Shown here: one piece after another, positions 30,089 to 38,896 of the stretch
Layout of the letters: every line of letters starts with the position of its first letter
Position numbering within the stretch: the first letter of the stretch is position 1
Origin: an uncultured Pseudomonadota bacterium
Lineage (GTDB): Bacteria; Pseudomonadota; Gammaproteobacteria; Burkholderiales; Casimicrobiaceae
NCBI GenBank assembly: GCA_963718905.1
Contig: CAVRAF010000006.1
Span: 185,248 to 249,247, forward strand
Length of the DNA: 64,000 nt
Direction: 5' to 3'
The notes under the pieces: generated by a model
Seen by the model: only the letters and a program-made list of their open reading frames with translations
What the model was told of the DNA's origin: nothing
Database searches by the model: none
Translations under genes and position numbers: made by a program

Positions 30089-32479
30089 TCAGTAGGCAAG
30101 CTGAACGACGGGGCCCTCGCGCTGCGCGGCGATGTCGTCCGGATGGAAGGGCAACGGCTGCCAGCGTTTGGCCGCGAACCAAGGCAGCTGGTCGTAAGCC
30201 CGCGGCGACGCGGCGTCGCTGCTCTGGCCATAGGTCAACAGTCCTTGCGCGAGGGGCCCGCGCTCGTCGAAGGTCACCACCTGGATGTAGCTCGTGCCGA
30301 AGTCGACCTTGTAGCCACTCGCATTGATGGAGGCTTGGTCTTGAGCTTCCAGCTTGTTGAGCACGCCTTCGAACTCGTCTCCGCCGTGCAGCGCGATCCT
30401 CTGACCGCGAACGACGCGCGATTGGGGAACGCCCATCGGCACGTCGACCGCGAAGCCCGCAGCTCGCACGATGCGGACTGCGTCGCCGAGCGCTTTGAAG
30501 ATGGCGGCGCGCGTAGTGGCGGTAGTCGTGTCGAGGCCTGATGGCGTTGTCACGGGTCGCGCCGGATCGAAGGGCATGCGCCAGACTTTCGGGATGTCCT
30601 TGGCAGCGCGCCAGAACTCACGGAACAGCGGCGCGCCGCGCGAGTCGGCGTTGGTCGTGCGGTCCCATACCGAAAGAGTCTGACAGGCGGTCGTCTGGTC
30701 GACGGTCAGTGCGCTGCTTCCGTCGGCGCAGGCCTTGAGCAGGTCGTCCATGACGAGCATGCCGGCGAGGTTCCTGTCGCGGAAGATGACGCTGCGCAGA
30801 TCGGCGGCGCTCATCTTGTTGCCGGGCATTCCGTCGGTGCCGGCCAGCCGCCCGCGAATTTCCATGATCCCGCTGCGAGTCCGCAGGCGCTGCGGCGTGC
30901 CGATCGGACCGACGAGCGGAGACACGTCGGCCATCGGCGGCGTGTCGGGGTTGCTGAGCCAGAAGCTGTCGTTGCTGTTCTGCACGTAGTCCGGCGTGAT
31001 GACCACCGGCATGTGCGCGGGCGCGATGATCCCTGGCGATGCGGCGCTGGCGTCGCGCGACCATTCGCAAGCGCTGCGCGAACCGTCGAGCACCGGCAGG
31101 CCGGCGGCGTCCAAAAGCGCGGCGGCGCGCGGCGAAGGCTTGCAGCTCCGCAACATCGCGGCCGAGACGTCGGGAACCACCGACAGGTCGGCATACATCG
31201 CATTGCCGTCGCGGTCGGCAGCGATCGTGTTGATCCACGGCATTCCCTGATTGCCCATCGCCATGCGTAGCTCGGCGACGTTCCGGGCGTGCGCCATCTG
31301 CATCCAGCTCGCCGCGGATCGGACGTTCAGAGTGTTCGCGTCCCGGATCGCGTAGGCGTGCTCGGCGGTCCAGCCGAGACCCGCTCGCGGCAGCGACATC
31401 ACCGGGCCCCAGATGGTCGAATAGAACGTGTGCTGCGAGGGCGCCGCGCCCGACTCTGCCGGCAACGTGACGATGCGGGTCACCATGTGCTTCGGCTGTC
31501 CGTCGACGAGGTAGACCGTGGGGTCCTCGGGATCCAGTTGCAGTTCGTAGAGCGTGAAGCGCTTGCCGGTGGACACCGTGTGCGTCCAGGCCACGTCCTT
31601 GTTGAACCCGATCACGACGATCGGGACCAGGCCAGCGGTCGCGCCCATGATGTCGAGCTTGCCAGGAATGGTCTGGTGGATTTCCCAGAATCGATACGTG
31701 CCTGTCCAGGGGAAGTGCGGGTTGCCGAGAAGCAGGCCGCGGCCGTCGGGCGTCGCGTTGCGGCCGAACGCCCAGCCGTTCGAGCCGAGTTCGCCGCCGT
31801 CCGGGTTGTCGTTGAAGCTGTAGTGCCGGATTTCCGCGGCTGCCTGCTGCAGATCGACGGGCGCCTGGCTCACCTTCGCAACCGGCGGCGCTGCGGCCAG
31901 CACTGCCACGGCCAGTGCTCCCAAGCCGCCCTGGATCATCGCCTGCTCGGTGGCGCGGGAGAGGTCCGCCATCGTCATCGGGCGCACCCACGGCTTGCCA
32001 CGGCATGCTTCCGGCAATCCGTTCGGACCGACATCGGTCAGGTACCGGTTGTAGCCCGCGACGTACCCGCGCAACGCCGACTGCACTTCCTGGCCGGTCG
32101 TCGCGGCAGCGCGAGCGAGCGCCTCGTCGTCCATGTGGAAGCGGATGAAGAGATCGATCTGGGCGTTCGGAACCTTACCGAAACCGAGGTCGCCCAAAGC
32201 CTGTGCACCAAGGAATTGCGATCGTTCGCCGCGCAGCGTCAGCAGGTGTTCGGCGGTCTGGCAGACGTTGTCCTGCGCGTGCGCGTAGGCCGTGCCGTAG
32301 GTGATGCCCTCCCAGTCGGGTGCGGTGACGTGGGCGATGCCGAAGGTCGTGCGCTGGATGGTGACGATGCGCGAGCGGGCAATCGGCGTGCTCGCGCAGG
32401 CGCCGATCAGTACGCTCAACGCGACGCAGCTCGCGGTCAGACTAAGGCGGAGCACGTCGTTCTTCGGGATCGATTTCAT
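30089..32479 (-). CDS. Ntn-hydrolase acylase (penicillin acylase family; AHL acylase AiiD/PvdQ-like), probable lipoprotein
   Basis: YAHAQDN, beta-chain start GSNGWAFG, LLGNPHFPW, WTHTVS, VQNSNDSFW, LTYGQS; LIGAC lipobox. Confidence 0.9.
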   Translation of the reverse strand: MKSIPKNDVLRLSLTASCVALSVLIGACASTPIARSRIVTIQRTTFGIAHVTAPDWEGITYGTAYAHAQDNVCQTAEHLLTLRGERSQFLGAQALGDLGFGKVPNAQIDLFIRFHMDDEALARAAATTGQEVQSALRGYVAGYNRYLTDVGPNGLPEACRGKPWVRPMTMADLSRATEQAMIQGGLGALAVAVLAAAPPVAKVSQAPVDLQQAAAEIRHYSFNDNPDGGELGSNGWAFGRNATPDGRGLLLGNPHFPWTGTYRFWEIHQTIPGKLDIMGATAGLVPIVVIGFNKDVAWTHTVSTGKRFTLYELQLDPEDPTVYLVDGQPKHMVTRIVTLPAESGAAPSQHTFYSTIWGPVMSLPRAGLGWTAEHAYAIRDANTLNVRSAASWMQMAHARNVAELRMAMGNQGMPWINTIAADRDGNAMYADLSVVPDVSAAMLRSCKPSPRAAALLDAAGLPVLDGSRSACEWSRDASAASPGIIAPAHMPVVITPDYVQNSNDSFWLSNPDTPPMADVSPLVGPIGTPQRLRTRSGIMEIRGRLAGTDGMPGNKMSAADLRSVIFRDRNLAGMLVMDDLLKACADGSSALTVDQTTACQTLSVWDRTTNADSRGAPLFREFWRAAKDIPKVWRMPFDPARPVTTPSGLDTTTATTRAAIFKALGDAVRIVRAAGFAVDVPMGVPQSRVVRGQRIALHGGDEFEGVLNKLEAQDQASINASGYKVDFGTSYIQVVTFDERGPLAQGLLTYGQSSDAASPRAYDQLPWFAAKRWQPLPFHPDDIAAQREGPVVQLAY

Positions 32480-33222
32480 CGCGCCAGCGAATCCGCCACG
32501 ACCCACGCGGCGCCGATCAGGGCGAGATTCAGCGCGTTCTCGCTCCAGATCCAATGACTGGAGGGATCGGCCAGGAGCATCGGCACGTGCACCAGCGGGG
32601 TGAAGGACGCGAACATGGCGGTCAGCAGGATCGCGGCGAGGCGGGCCTGCACCCCGGTCAGGATCGCAACGCCCGCCGCGATGTGGCCCACCCCGGTCGC
32701 ATAAGCCCAGAACTCCTGCGCAGGCGGCAGCCATTTGGGGACCAGCGGGGCGGTGAGGTTCATGTAGAAAAAATGTGCTCCGCCGAATAAGAGCGCACAA
32801 ACCCCGAACGCCAGTTGGCCCAGGCGCGTCAGGCGTGCGGCCAGGCCTGCATCGATCTTGGCGCTGGCGGCGTAGACGATCAGCCCGCCCGCCGCGATCG
32901 CGAGCTGCTCGGCGATGCCGCTGTACGTGCCGAACTCGGCGTAATGAGCGAGCACCACGCGGCCGTTCATCACGATGACGACAATGAGCGCGTAGTAGGC
33001 GGTGAGCGCCGCGGCGCCCCACGCCGTGATCCGACGCCACTCGATAGCCGCGCCCGCTACGAGCATGAACGCAGCGGCGGCATAGGCCAGGGCGGTGCGG
33101 TCGGGAAAGTCCTTGGGCACCGGCTGCCCCGGGTCGAAGTCCCCCCACGCCAGGCAGACCATGCCCAACGCCATGATGCCCAGGCCGTAGACGCGCCAGC
33201 CGAAGCTACCGTTTGGAATCAC
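32476..33222 (-). CDS. DoxX-like multi-TM membrane protein
   Basis: FGGAHF, LVPKWLPP..FWAYATG; stop overlaps acylase start. Confidence 0.8.
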   Translation of the reverse strand: MIPNGSFGWRVYGLGIMALGMVCLAWGDFDPGQPVPKDFPDRTALAYAAAAFMLVAGAAIEWRRITAWGAAALTAYYALIVVIVMNGRVVLAHYAEFGTYSGIAEQLAIAAGGLIVYAASAKIDAGLAARLTRLGQLAFGVCALLFGGAHFFYMNLTAPLVPKWLPPAQEFWAYATGVGHIAAGVAILTGVQARLAAILLTAMFASFTPLVHVPMLLADPSSHWIWSENALNLALIGAAWVVADSLAR

Positions 33223-33260
33223 CGGCCCAGGAACGCGCGACGCAATCCTCCCGGTCCCGC

Positions 33261-33635
33261 TTAGTGGCCGGCCGCAAGCCCGATGATGGTATCGAAACCA
33301 CCCCAGAACATTCTCTTGCCGTCGAACGGCATCTTCGAAGGGTCCATCGACTCCTTGAGCTGAGGATCATCCATGACCGCCTTGTTGATGCGGTCGCGGT
33401 CCTCCTTGTTCTGATACACGACCCACGCCAACGCGATCACCTCGCCGTCCTTGAGTTGCACGGCCTGTGGAAATGACGTGAGCTTGCCGGGTTGAGCGTC
33501 GTCACTGATGGAGTCGGAATAATAGAGAGCGCCATGGCGCAGGTGGGCTTTGCCCCATTCCGCGGACATGCGCTTGTAGGTGTCGAGGTTGGCACGGGGA
33601 ACGGGGATGACAATCGCGTCAATATAGTGCGCCAT
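33261..33635 (-). CDS. DUF1428 (YbaA-like) protein
   Basis: YIDAIVIPVP, GKLTSFPQAV, MPFDGKRMFWGGF. Confidence 0.92.
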   Translation of the reverse strand: MAHYIDAIVIPVPRANLDTYKRMSAEWGKAHLRHGALYYSDSISDDAQPGKLTSFPQAVQLKDGEVIALAWVVYQNKEDRDRINKAVMDDPQLKESMDPSKMPFDGKRMFWGGFDTIIGLAAGH

Positions 33636-33787
33636 GGGACCTCCGAGGGGAGCAGGAGAATCCATGTTACGCCAGAGACCGCGATGCACCCTCGTGACAG
33701 AGTCCGGCGTCGACAGAAATGATCCACTCGCACGCCGTTCGTGAATACTGCACTATATTGGAAGCTATTTGCGATAGGGGAAACACC

Positions 33788-34501
33788 ATGCGGACACGAA
33801 GGCGACCGATGTTGAGACCGATAGCGTACGGACTGGCTGTCGTGCTTTGCGCGATCGGTTCGGCCAGCGCGGAGGACGCAAAGGCCGCGTATCCGGCCAT
33901 GGCGCCTCTCGCGCAATACCAGATGGCGACTGCGGCCGAGGAGACCGCCCTGGCCCGCAGCGCAGCGCCGGCGTCGATCTCCGGCGACGCCGACGTTCTG
34001 ACGCTCGGCAGCAACGGTTATGAAACGGCGGCGAAGGGAAAGAACGGCTTCGTCTGCCTGGTCCAGCGGTCCTGGGCCGCAGACTTCGACGATGCCGAGT
34101 TCTGGAATCCAAAGCTCCGCGCGCCGATATGCTTCAACCCCGCCGCCGTGCGCACTGTTCTCCCCGGCTATCTCGAAAGAACACAGTGGGTTCTCGCCGG
34201 CATTTCAAAGTCCGGCATGCTCGATCGCACGAGAGCCGCGCTCAACGGAAACACCTTCGTGGCGCCGGAGCCAGGAGCAATGTCTTTCATGATGTCGAAG
34301 CAGGGAAACCTGTCTGACGCCGATGGCCACTGGCATCCGCATCTGATGCTATTCGCTGCACACACCGACGCCGCCGCTTGGGGCGCCAACCTGCGCGGTT
34401 CCCCGATAGTTGCCGCGCAGAGCGATCCGGAGCCCATCACGACATTCTTCATTCCGGTGACCAAATGGTCCGATGGCACGCCAGATGTGATGGAGAAATA
34501 A
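33788..34501 (+). CDS. Secreted hypothetical protein
   Basis: Signal peptide; ALARSAAP, GKNGFVCLVQRSW, HWHPHLM. Confidence 0.8.
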   Translation: MRTRRRPMLRPIAYGLAVVLCAIGSASAEDAKAAYPAMAPLAQYQMATAAEETALARSAAPASISGDADVLTLGSNGYETAAKGKNGFVCLVQRSWAADFDDAEFWNPKLRAPICFNPAAVRTVLPGYLERTQWVLAGISKSGMLDRTRAALNGNTFVAPEPGAMSFMMSKQGNLSDADGHWHPHLMLFAAHTDAAAWGANLRGSPIVAAQSDPEPITTFFIPVTKWSDGTPDVMEK

Positions 34502-34577
34502 ATACATTCGGCGCGGCACTCTATTGCGCGCGTTTCTTGGACATACGTACAAAGCTTCAACTGCGCTGTCTTGAGCC

Positions 34578-34832
34578 ATGACGACCAAACTCGACCGACC
34601 ACTGCGACGGGAAGTAGAGATCGGCAGCGTGGCCTACACGCTGACGATCACCCCACAAGGGATGACACTGGTGCTCAAAGGCCGAAGAAATGGTCTTGCG
34701 CTCGAATGGAGCGCGCTGGTTAGCGGCGACGCCGCGCTTGCCACGGCGCTCAATGCCTCTTTGATGATAAAGCCGGCCAGCTCCGCTGCGTCCCAACGTT
34801 CGGAAACTGATCCCAAGGCCCGCAAGCGCTGA
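34578..34832 (+). CDS. Small hypothetical protein
   Basis: 84 aa ORF with protein-like composition (LRREVEI, KGRRNG, LVSGDAALA). Confidence 0.7.
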   Translation: MTTKLDRPLRREVEIGSVAYTLTITPQGMTLVLKGRRNGLALEWSALVSGDAALATALNASLMIKPASSAASQRSETDPKARKR

Positions 34833-34919
34833 AGCGAGCACGCGGCGCCGTGCCTGTCGGGCTGCCGGAACCCCACAGTGAAAAGCGGCGCTATGTAATC
34901 TGGTGCGCCGGGGCGTGTT

Positions 34920-37070
34920 ATGTCCAACGGGGCGTTTGAGGAGAGCCCAGTGTTTCGAGATGTGGTCTCCAGGCAGTCATTCTTGAACGCGGGCCAACTC
35001 CTCCTCCTGGCAGCGGTTTATTTCGTTACCGCCAAGCTATCGCTGTCGCTCGCGATTCCACCGGGTTATGCGACCGCCGTCTGGCCCCCGGCGGGCGTGG
35101 CGCTTGCCGCGGTCCTCCTCGCGGGCAATCGGGTCTTGCCGGGCATATGGCTCGGAGCAGCAGCGGTCAATTTCACGGTTCAGGCATCAACCGTCACCGC
35201 GGCAATCATCGGCACCGGCAACACGCTCGAAGCATTGGCAGGCGCCGCGTTGATTCGCTACTACATCGGTATTCCTCGCAACTTCGAACGGAGCGAGGAT
35301 GTATTCAAGTTTGTCTTTCTGGCCGCTGCCGCTTCAGCGGTTGCGGCCACTGTCGGCGTTGCGTCGATCGCAATGCAGGGCGCTATCGCGTTGTCCGACC
35401 TTGCCACGAATTGGTGGACCTGGTGGCAAGGCGATACCTCAGCCATCATCGTCATTACGCCATTGCTTCTGTGCTGGACCGCTCGGAATGCCCCGACGTG
35501 GCCAGCAAGCAAGAAGATCGAAGCGGTGGCCGTTACGGTTGCACTGGCGATTGTCGGATACGGCGTATTTGGAAGCGGCGCCGCGACGCACGATATCCAC
35601 GCCCTGCCGTTCGTAACGCTGCCAATCATCGTCTGGGCCGCGTTCCGGTTCGACCAGCGAGGAGTAACGGCGGCAATCGCCGGATTGTGCGCGGTGGCCA
35701 TCTCCTACACGGTTGTCGGCCAGGGCCCATTCTCATCGATATCGAGCAACGTGTCGCTGCTGCTCCTGCTCGCGTTCATCTGCGCGGTGGCGATGACCGG
35801 ACTGGTGATAAGCGCAATTGTCGGCGAATTGCGCCGTACTCTGGAAGCGCTTCGCCGCGGCCGTGACGAGCTTGAGCAACGCGTGGCTGTGCGGACCCAC
35901 GAGCTCGAACACGCGAACCAATCGCTGCAGGACGAGATAAGACGCATTGAAAGGCTGGAGCGAAGCGAACGGAGAATAAACGAGTTCCTCGCGATGCTGG
36001 GGCACGAACTTCGCAATCCGCTGGCGCCAATCCGCAACGCGCTGGATTTGATGCGCATCAACTCCGCCGCCGATTCCACACGCGAGTGGCCTCTAAGCAT
36101 TATCGATCGCCAAGTGACGCAATTGACCAGGCTCGTGGATGATCTCCTGGATGTCGGCCGCATCACCAGCGGCAAGATAATGCTGCAAAGAGAGCCGGTG
36201 GAGATGAATGCCGCGGTGGTTCGTGCGATAGAGTCATGCCAGCCCCAGGCCGACGCGCGGAGGCATACTCTGGAACTGCTGCTCGCGCAGGAGCCGCTGC
36301 TGGTCGACGGCGATCCGGTTCGCCTTTCACAGATCGTTCTGAATCTCTTGAGCAATGCAATCAAGTACACGCCCGACGGAGGCAAGATCCAGATTGCTGT
36401 TGCGAAGGAAGATGACTGCGTCCTCGTCAGTGTCAAGGACACCGGCATCGGCATGTCGGCCAACCTGATCCCGATGGTTTTTGACCTCTTCGTGCAGGAA
36501 AAACGGTCGCTGGCCCGCACTGAAGGCGGCCTCGGTGTCGGTCTGACGGTCGTCAAGCAGCTGGTGCAGATGCATGGCGGATCGGTAACTGCTCTAAGTA
36601 CCGGCGCGGATATGGGAAGTGAATTCGTGGTGCGGTTGCCGATGCTGCAACCGCAGCCGATCAACGACGGACCAGTCTCTAATTGGCGACCAAAGCCATC
36701 AGTCGCAAAACGACGCATCCTGATCGTGGACGACAACCGCGACGCCGCAGATTCACTCGCGTCACTCCTGACCGCGGTGGGCCACGACGTGCGAACGCTC
36801 TACGATGGCCCATCCGCAACCGCGGCCGCCGAGGAGTTTCAACCCGAGGTGGTCCTGCTGGATCTCGGGCTTCCGGAAGTGGATGGCTACGACATTGCGA
36901 GGCAACTGCGCAAGTCGGCGAAGCTGGAACAGGCTGTCCTCGTGGCATGCACCGGCTACGGCAGGGACGAGGATCGCCGGCTGACGCGGGAAGCGGGGTT
37001 CGATCACCATTTGGTGAAGCCTCTCGCACCTGAGGCTTTGGAAAAGATCATTGATTCGATACCGGACTGA
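34920..37070 (+). CDS. MASE1 hybrid sensor histidine kinase/response regulator
   Basis: VWPPAG, WWQGD (MASE1); FLAMLGHELRNPL; NAIKYT; REC LLDLGLP. Confidence 0.93.
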   Translation: MSNGAFEESPVFRDVVSRQSFLNAGQLLLLAAVYFVTAKLSLSLAIPPGYATAVWPPAGVALAAVLLAGNRVLPGIWLGAAAVNFTVQASTVTAAIIGTGNTLEALAGAALIRYYIGIPRNFERSEDVFKFVFLAAAASAVAATVGVASIAMQGAIALSDLATNWWTWWQGDTSAIIVITPLLLCWTARNAPTWPASKKIEAVAVTVALAIVGYGVFGSGAATHDIHALPFVTLPIIVWAAFRFDQRGVTAAIAGLCAVAISYTVVGQGPFSSISSNVSLLLLLAFICAVAMTGLVISAIVGELRRTLEALRRGRDELEQRVAVRTHELEHANQSLQDEIRRIERLERSERRINEFLAMLGHELRNPLAPIRNALDLMRINSAADSTREWPLSIIDRQVTQLTRLVDDLLDVGRITSGKIMLQREPVEMNAAVVRAIESCQPQADARRHTLELLLAQEPLLVDGDPVRLSQIVLNLLSNAIKYTPDGGKIQIAVAKEDDCVLVSVKDTGIGMSANLIPMVFDLFVQEKRSLARTEGGLGVGLTVVKQLVQMHGGSVTALSTGADMGSEFVVRLPMLQPQPINDGPVSNWRPKPSVAKRRILIVDDNRDAADSLASLLTAVGHDVRTLYDGPSATAAAEEFQPEVVLLDLGLPEVDGYDIARQLRKSAKLEQAVLVACTGYGRDEDRRLTREAGFDHHLVKPLAPEALEKIIDSIPD

Positions 37071-37130
37071 TGTCGCCGCCGTCGTTTTCGATCTTCCGCG
37101 CGCGCAAGCGGCCCGCGGCAAGCGGATCGC

Positions 37131-37787
37131 TCAGTAACTTCCGTGGTGACTGGCTACCGGTGCGCGCCGGACGCGCACCTCCGGCTTCAGTTTGAGGGTC
37201 CAATCAACCTGAATATGGTGGACGCGCGACAGATCGACCGCCTTGCGCGTGGATTCCTCCGTCGCGTCGAGCTGCGGGTGCCAGACACGGACGAAGTAGT
37301 TGCCAACGGGCAGGTCATTCAATTGTGCGTTGCCATCCTTGTCGGTTTTCGCAAAGTACTGCGATTCGGAAACGTAAATGTAGCCGACCATCCAGTCATG
37401 GATGTTGCAGCCAAGTACGACAACGCCAGGCTTGTCGAAAACCACCGGTTCCGCGGGTACACCTGCGTAGAGCGGCAGCTCGAAGCGCTTCGCCGGTGAA
37501 AACGAGTACACGTGGTGACGCACGTTGTCGTTGTTTGGAAAGGTGACGGCCGTTCCAACCAGGATGGCCTGCACCTCAGGGATGAATTCCTTGTTGACCT
37601 GGTCGACCACCTGTTGGTGAGGCTGGGGTGACGGCCGCAGCTTGCCATCGACCGGCACCGCGACGACGACGGCATCGGCGACTCGCCGGCCCTGCTCGTC
37701 GATGACGGTGGCGACGATCTCCGCCGCCTGGGCGCGCGCAGTTATCGTCACGAAGGTGAACAGCATGAGGAAGAAGCGCGGCACCAT
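37131..37787 (-). CDS. Cupredoxin-like periplasmic protein ('methylamine utilization' type)
   Basis: VTFPNNDNVRHHVYSFS, LGCNIHDWM, VWHP. Confidence 0.88.
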   Translation of the reverse strand: MVPRFFLMLFTFVTITARAQAAEIVATVIDEQGRRVADAVVVAVPVDGKLRPSPQPHQQVVDQVNKEFIPEVQAILVGTAVTFPNNDNVRHHVYSFSPAKRFELPLYAGVPAEPVVFDKPGVVVLGCNIHDWMVGYIYVSESQYFAKTDKDGNAQLNDLPVGNYFVRVWHPQLDATEESTRKAVDLSRVHHIQVDWTLKLKPEVRVRRAPVASHHGSY

Positions 37788-37799
37788 GAGAAATCTCCG

Positions 37800-38762
37800 T
37801 CAGTAACCGTAGGTAAATATCAGATTGATGACATGGCTTCGATAAGCGAGGCCGTCTGCGACGCGCGTGTGCTCGCCGGTGTAAATGAGGTTGATCGACG
37901 AGCGGTCGTTCAGGGCCCAACTTGCCGTCACCGCGCCGGTTCGGGTCGTCCCGCGCAGTCGGTAGTCATAGAGCTCGTCGCCGAACGTCGGGTCCTCCGC
38001 AATTGCGGTGGCGATGCTCAGGATGCGCGGCGTCTCGGATGACGTGGACACGACGTCGCCCCGACGGATCGCGGCCTTGGCGCTGACGAGGAGGCTCTCG
38101 GTCATTGCATAACCTCCGCTTACGTAAGCACCGTAACCGCGCAGATTGAACACGTTGCCGGAAATGCCCGGAACATCCGGTTTCGCGTACGGTGAATAGC
38201 GTCGATCATAGAAAATCCCGCTTTCGACGTCGAAGGTTTCACTGAGACGCTTGCCCGCTGCGGCGCGCAGGACGTACTGAGGTCCGGTGCGAATGTGCGT
38301 GTCGTAGGTGTAATAGCCAGCTCCCGCGTCGATCCGAAGCCAGGGCGCGGTGAAGCCGAGGCCGAACTTGTGACGGTACGCGGCCGTTCCAACCACGGAA
38401 ACATCGTCCAGCCCACGGTAATGAAGGTGGACGTCGCCGCCGGCGCCGGCGCCGAACGTCACGCGATCCGATTCGTTTGGGGCAAGCGGCGACGTTGCCG
38501 CGATGGCGAGCGTTGCGGCCGCGTCGGAACGGACGTCGGTTCCATTCGAGGCGCGGCTCGCATTGCTGTCGTAAAGCACGCCCGTGTCCACGTCAAACGA
38601 CCACTCCGCTCGCGCTGTCGTGGCTGCTGCAAACAGAAGTGCGCCCCACCATGCAACGCCGCCACGCGCCCGATCGCGAATGCCGTGCTTGGGCCCAAGA
38701 CGCGCCCCACGGCGGCCATAAACCAGCGTTTTCGCGATGCGGCATGCCTCTTGCTTCCCCAT
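37800..38762 (-). CDS. Probable outer-membrane beta-barrel protein
   Basis: YDSN motif, alternating beta-strand pattern, C-terminal aromatic FTYGY; start uncertain. Confidence 0.65.
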   Translation of the reverse strand: MGKQEACRIAKTLVYGRRGARLGPKHGIRDRARGGVAWWGALLFAAATTARAEWSFDVDTGVLYDSNASRASNGTDVRSDAAATLAIAATSPLAPNESDRVTFGAGAGGDVHLHYRGLDDVSVVGTAAYRHKFGLGFTAPWLRIDAGAGYYTYDTHIRTGPQYVLRAAAGKRLSETFDVESGIFYDRRYSPYAKPDVPGISGNVFNLRGYGAYVSGGYAMTESLLVSAKAAIRRGDVVSTSSETPRILSIATAIAEDPTFGDELYDYRLRGTTRTGAVTASWALNDRSSINLIYTGEHTRVADGLAYRSHVINLIFTYGY

Positions 38763-38896
38763 GCAGTTGCCATTGCAAGATTCGTACCGACAAACGACGC
38801 CGGGTGTTGCGAAATGCGGAGACGACCTTCTGAGAAACCTTTAGCCAAGCGCGCATTGCGCCGCGTGCGCCCACTCCATGTCGTCGCGCGGCTGAT

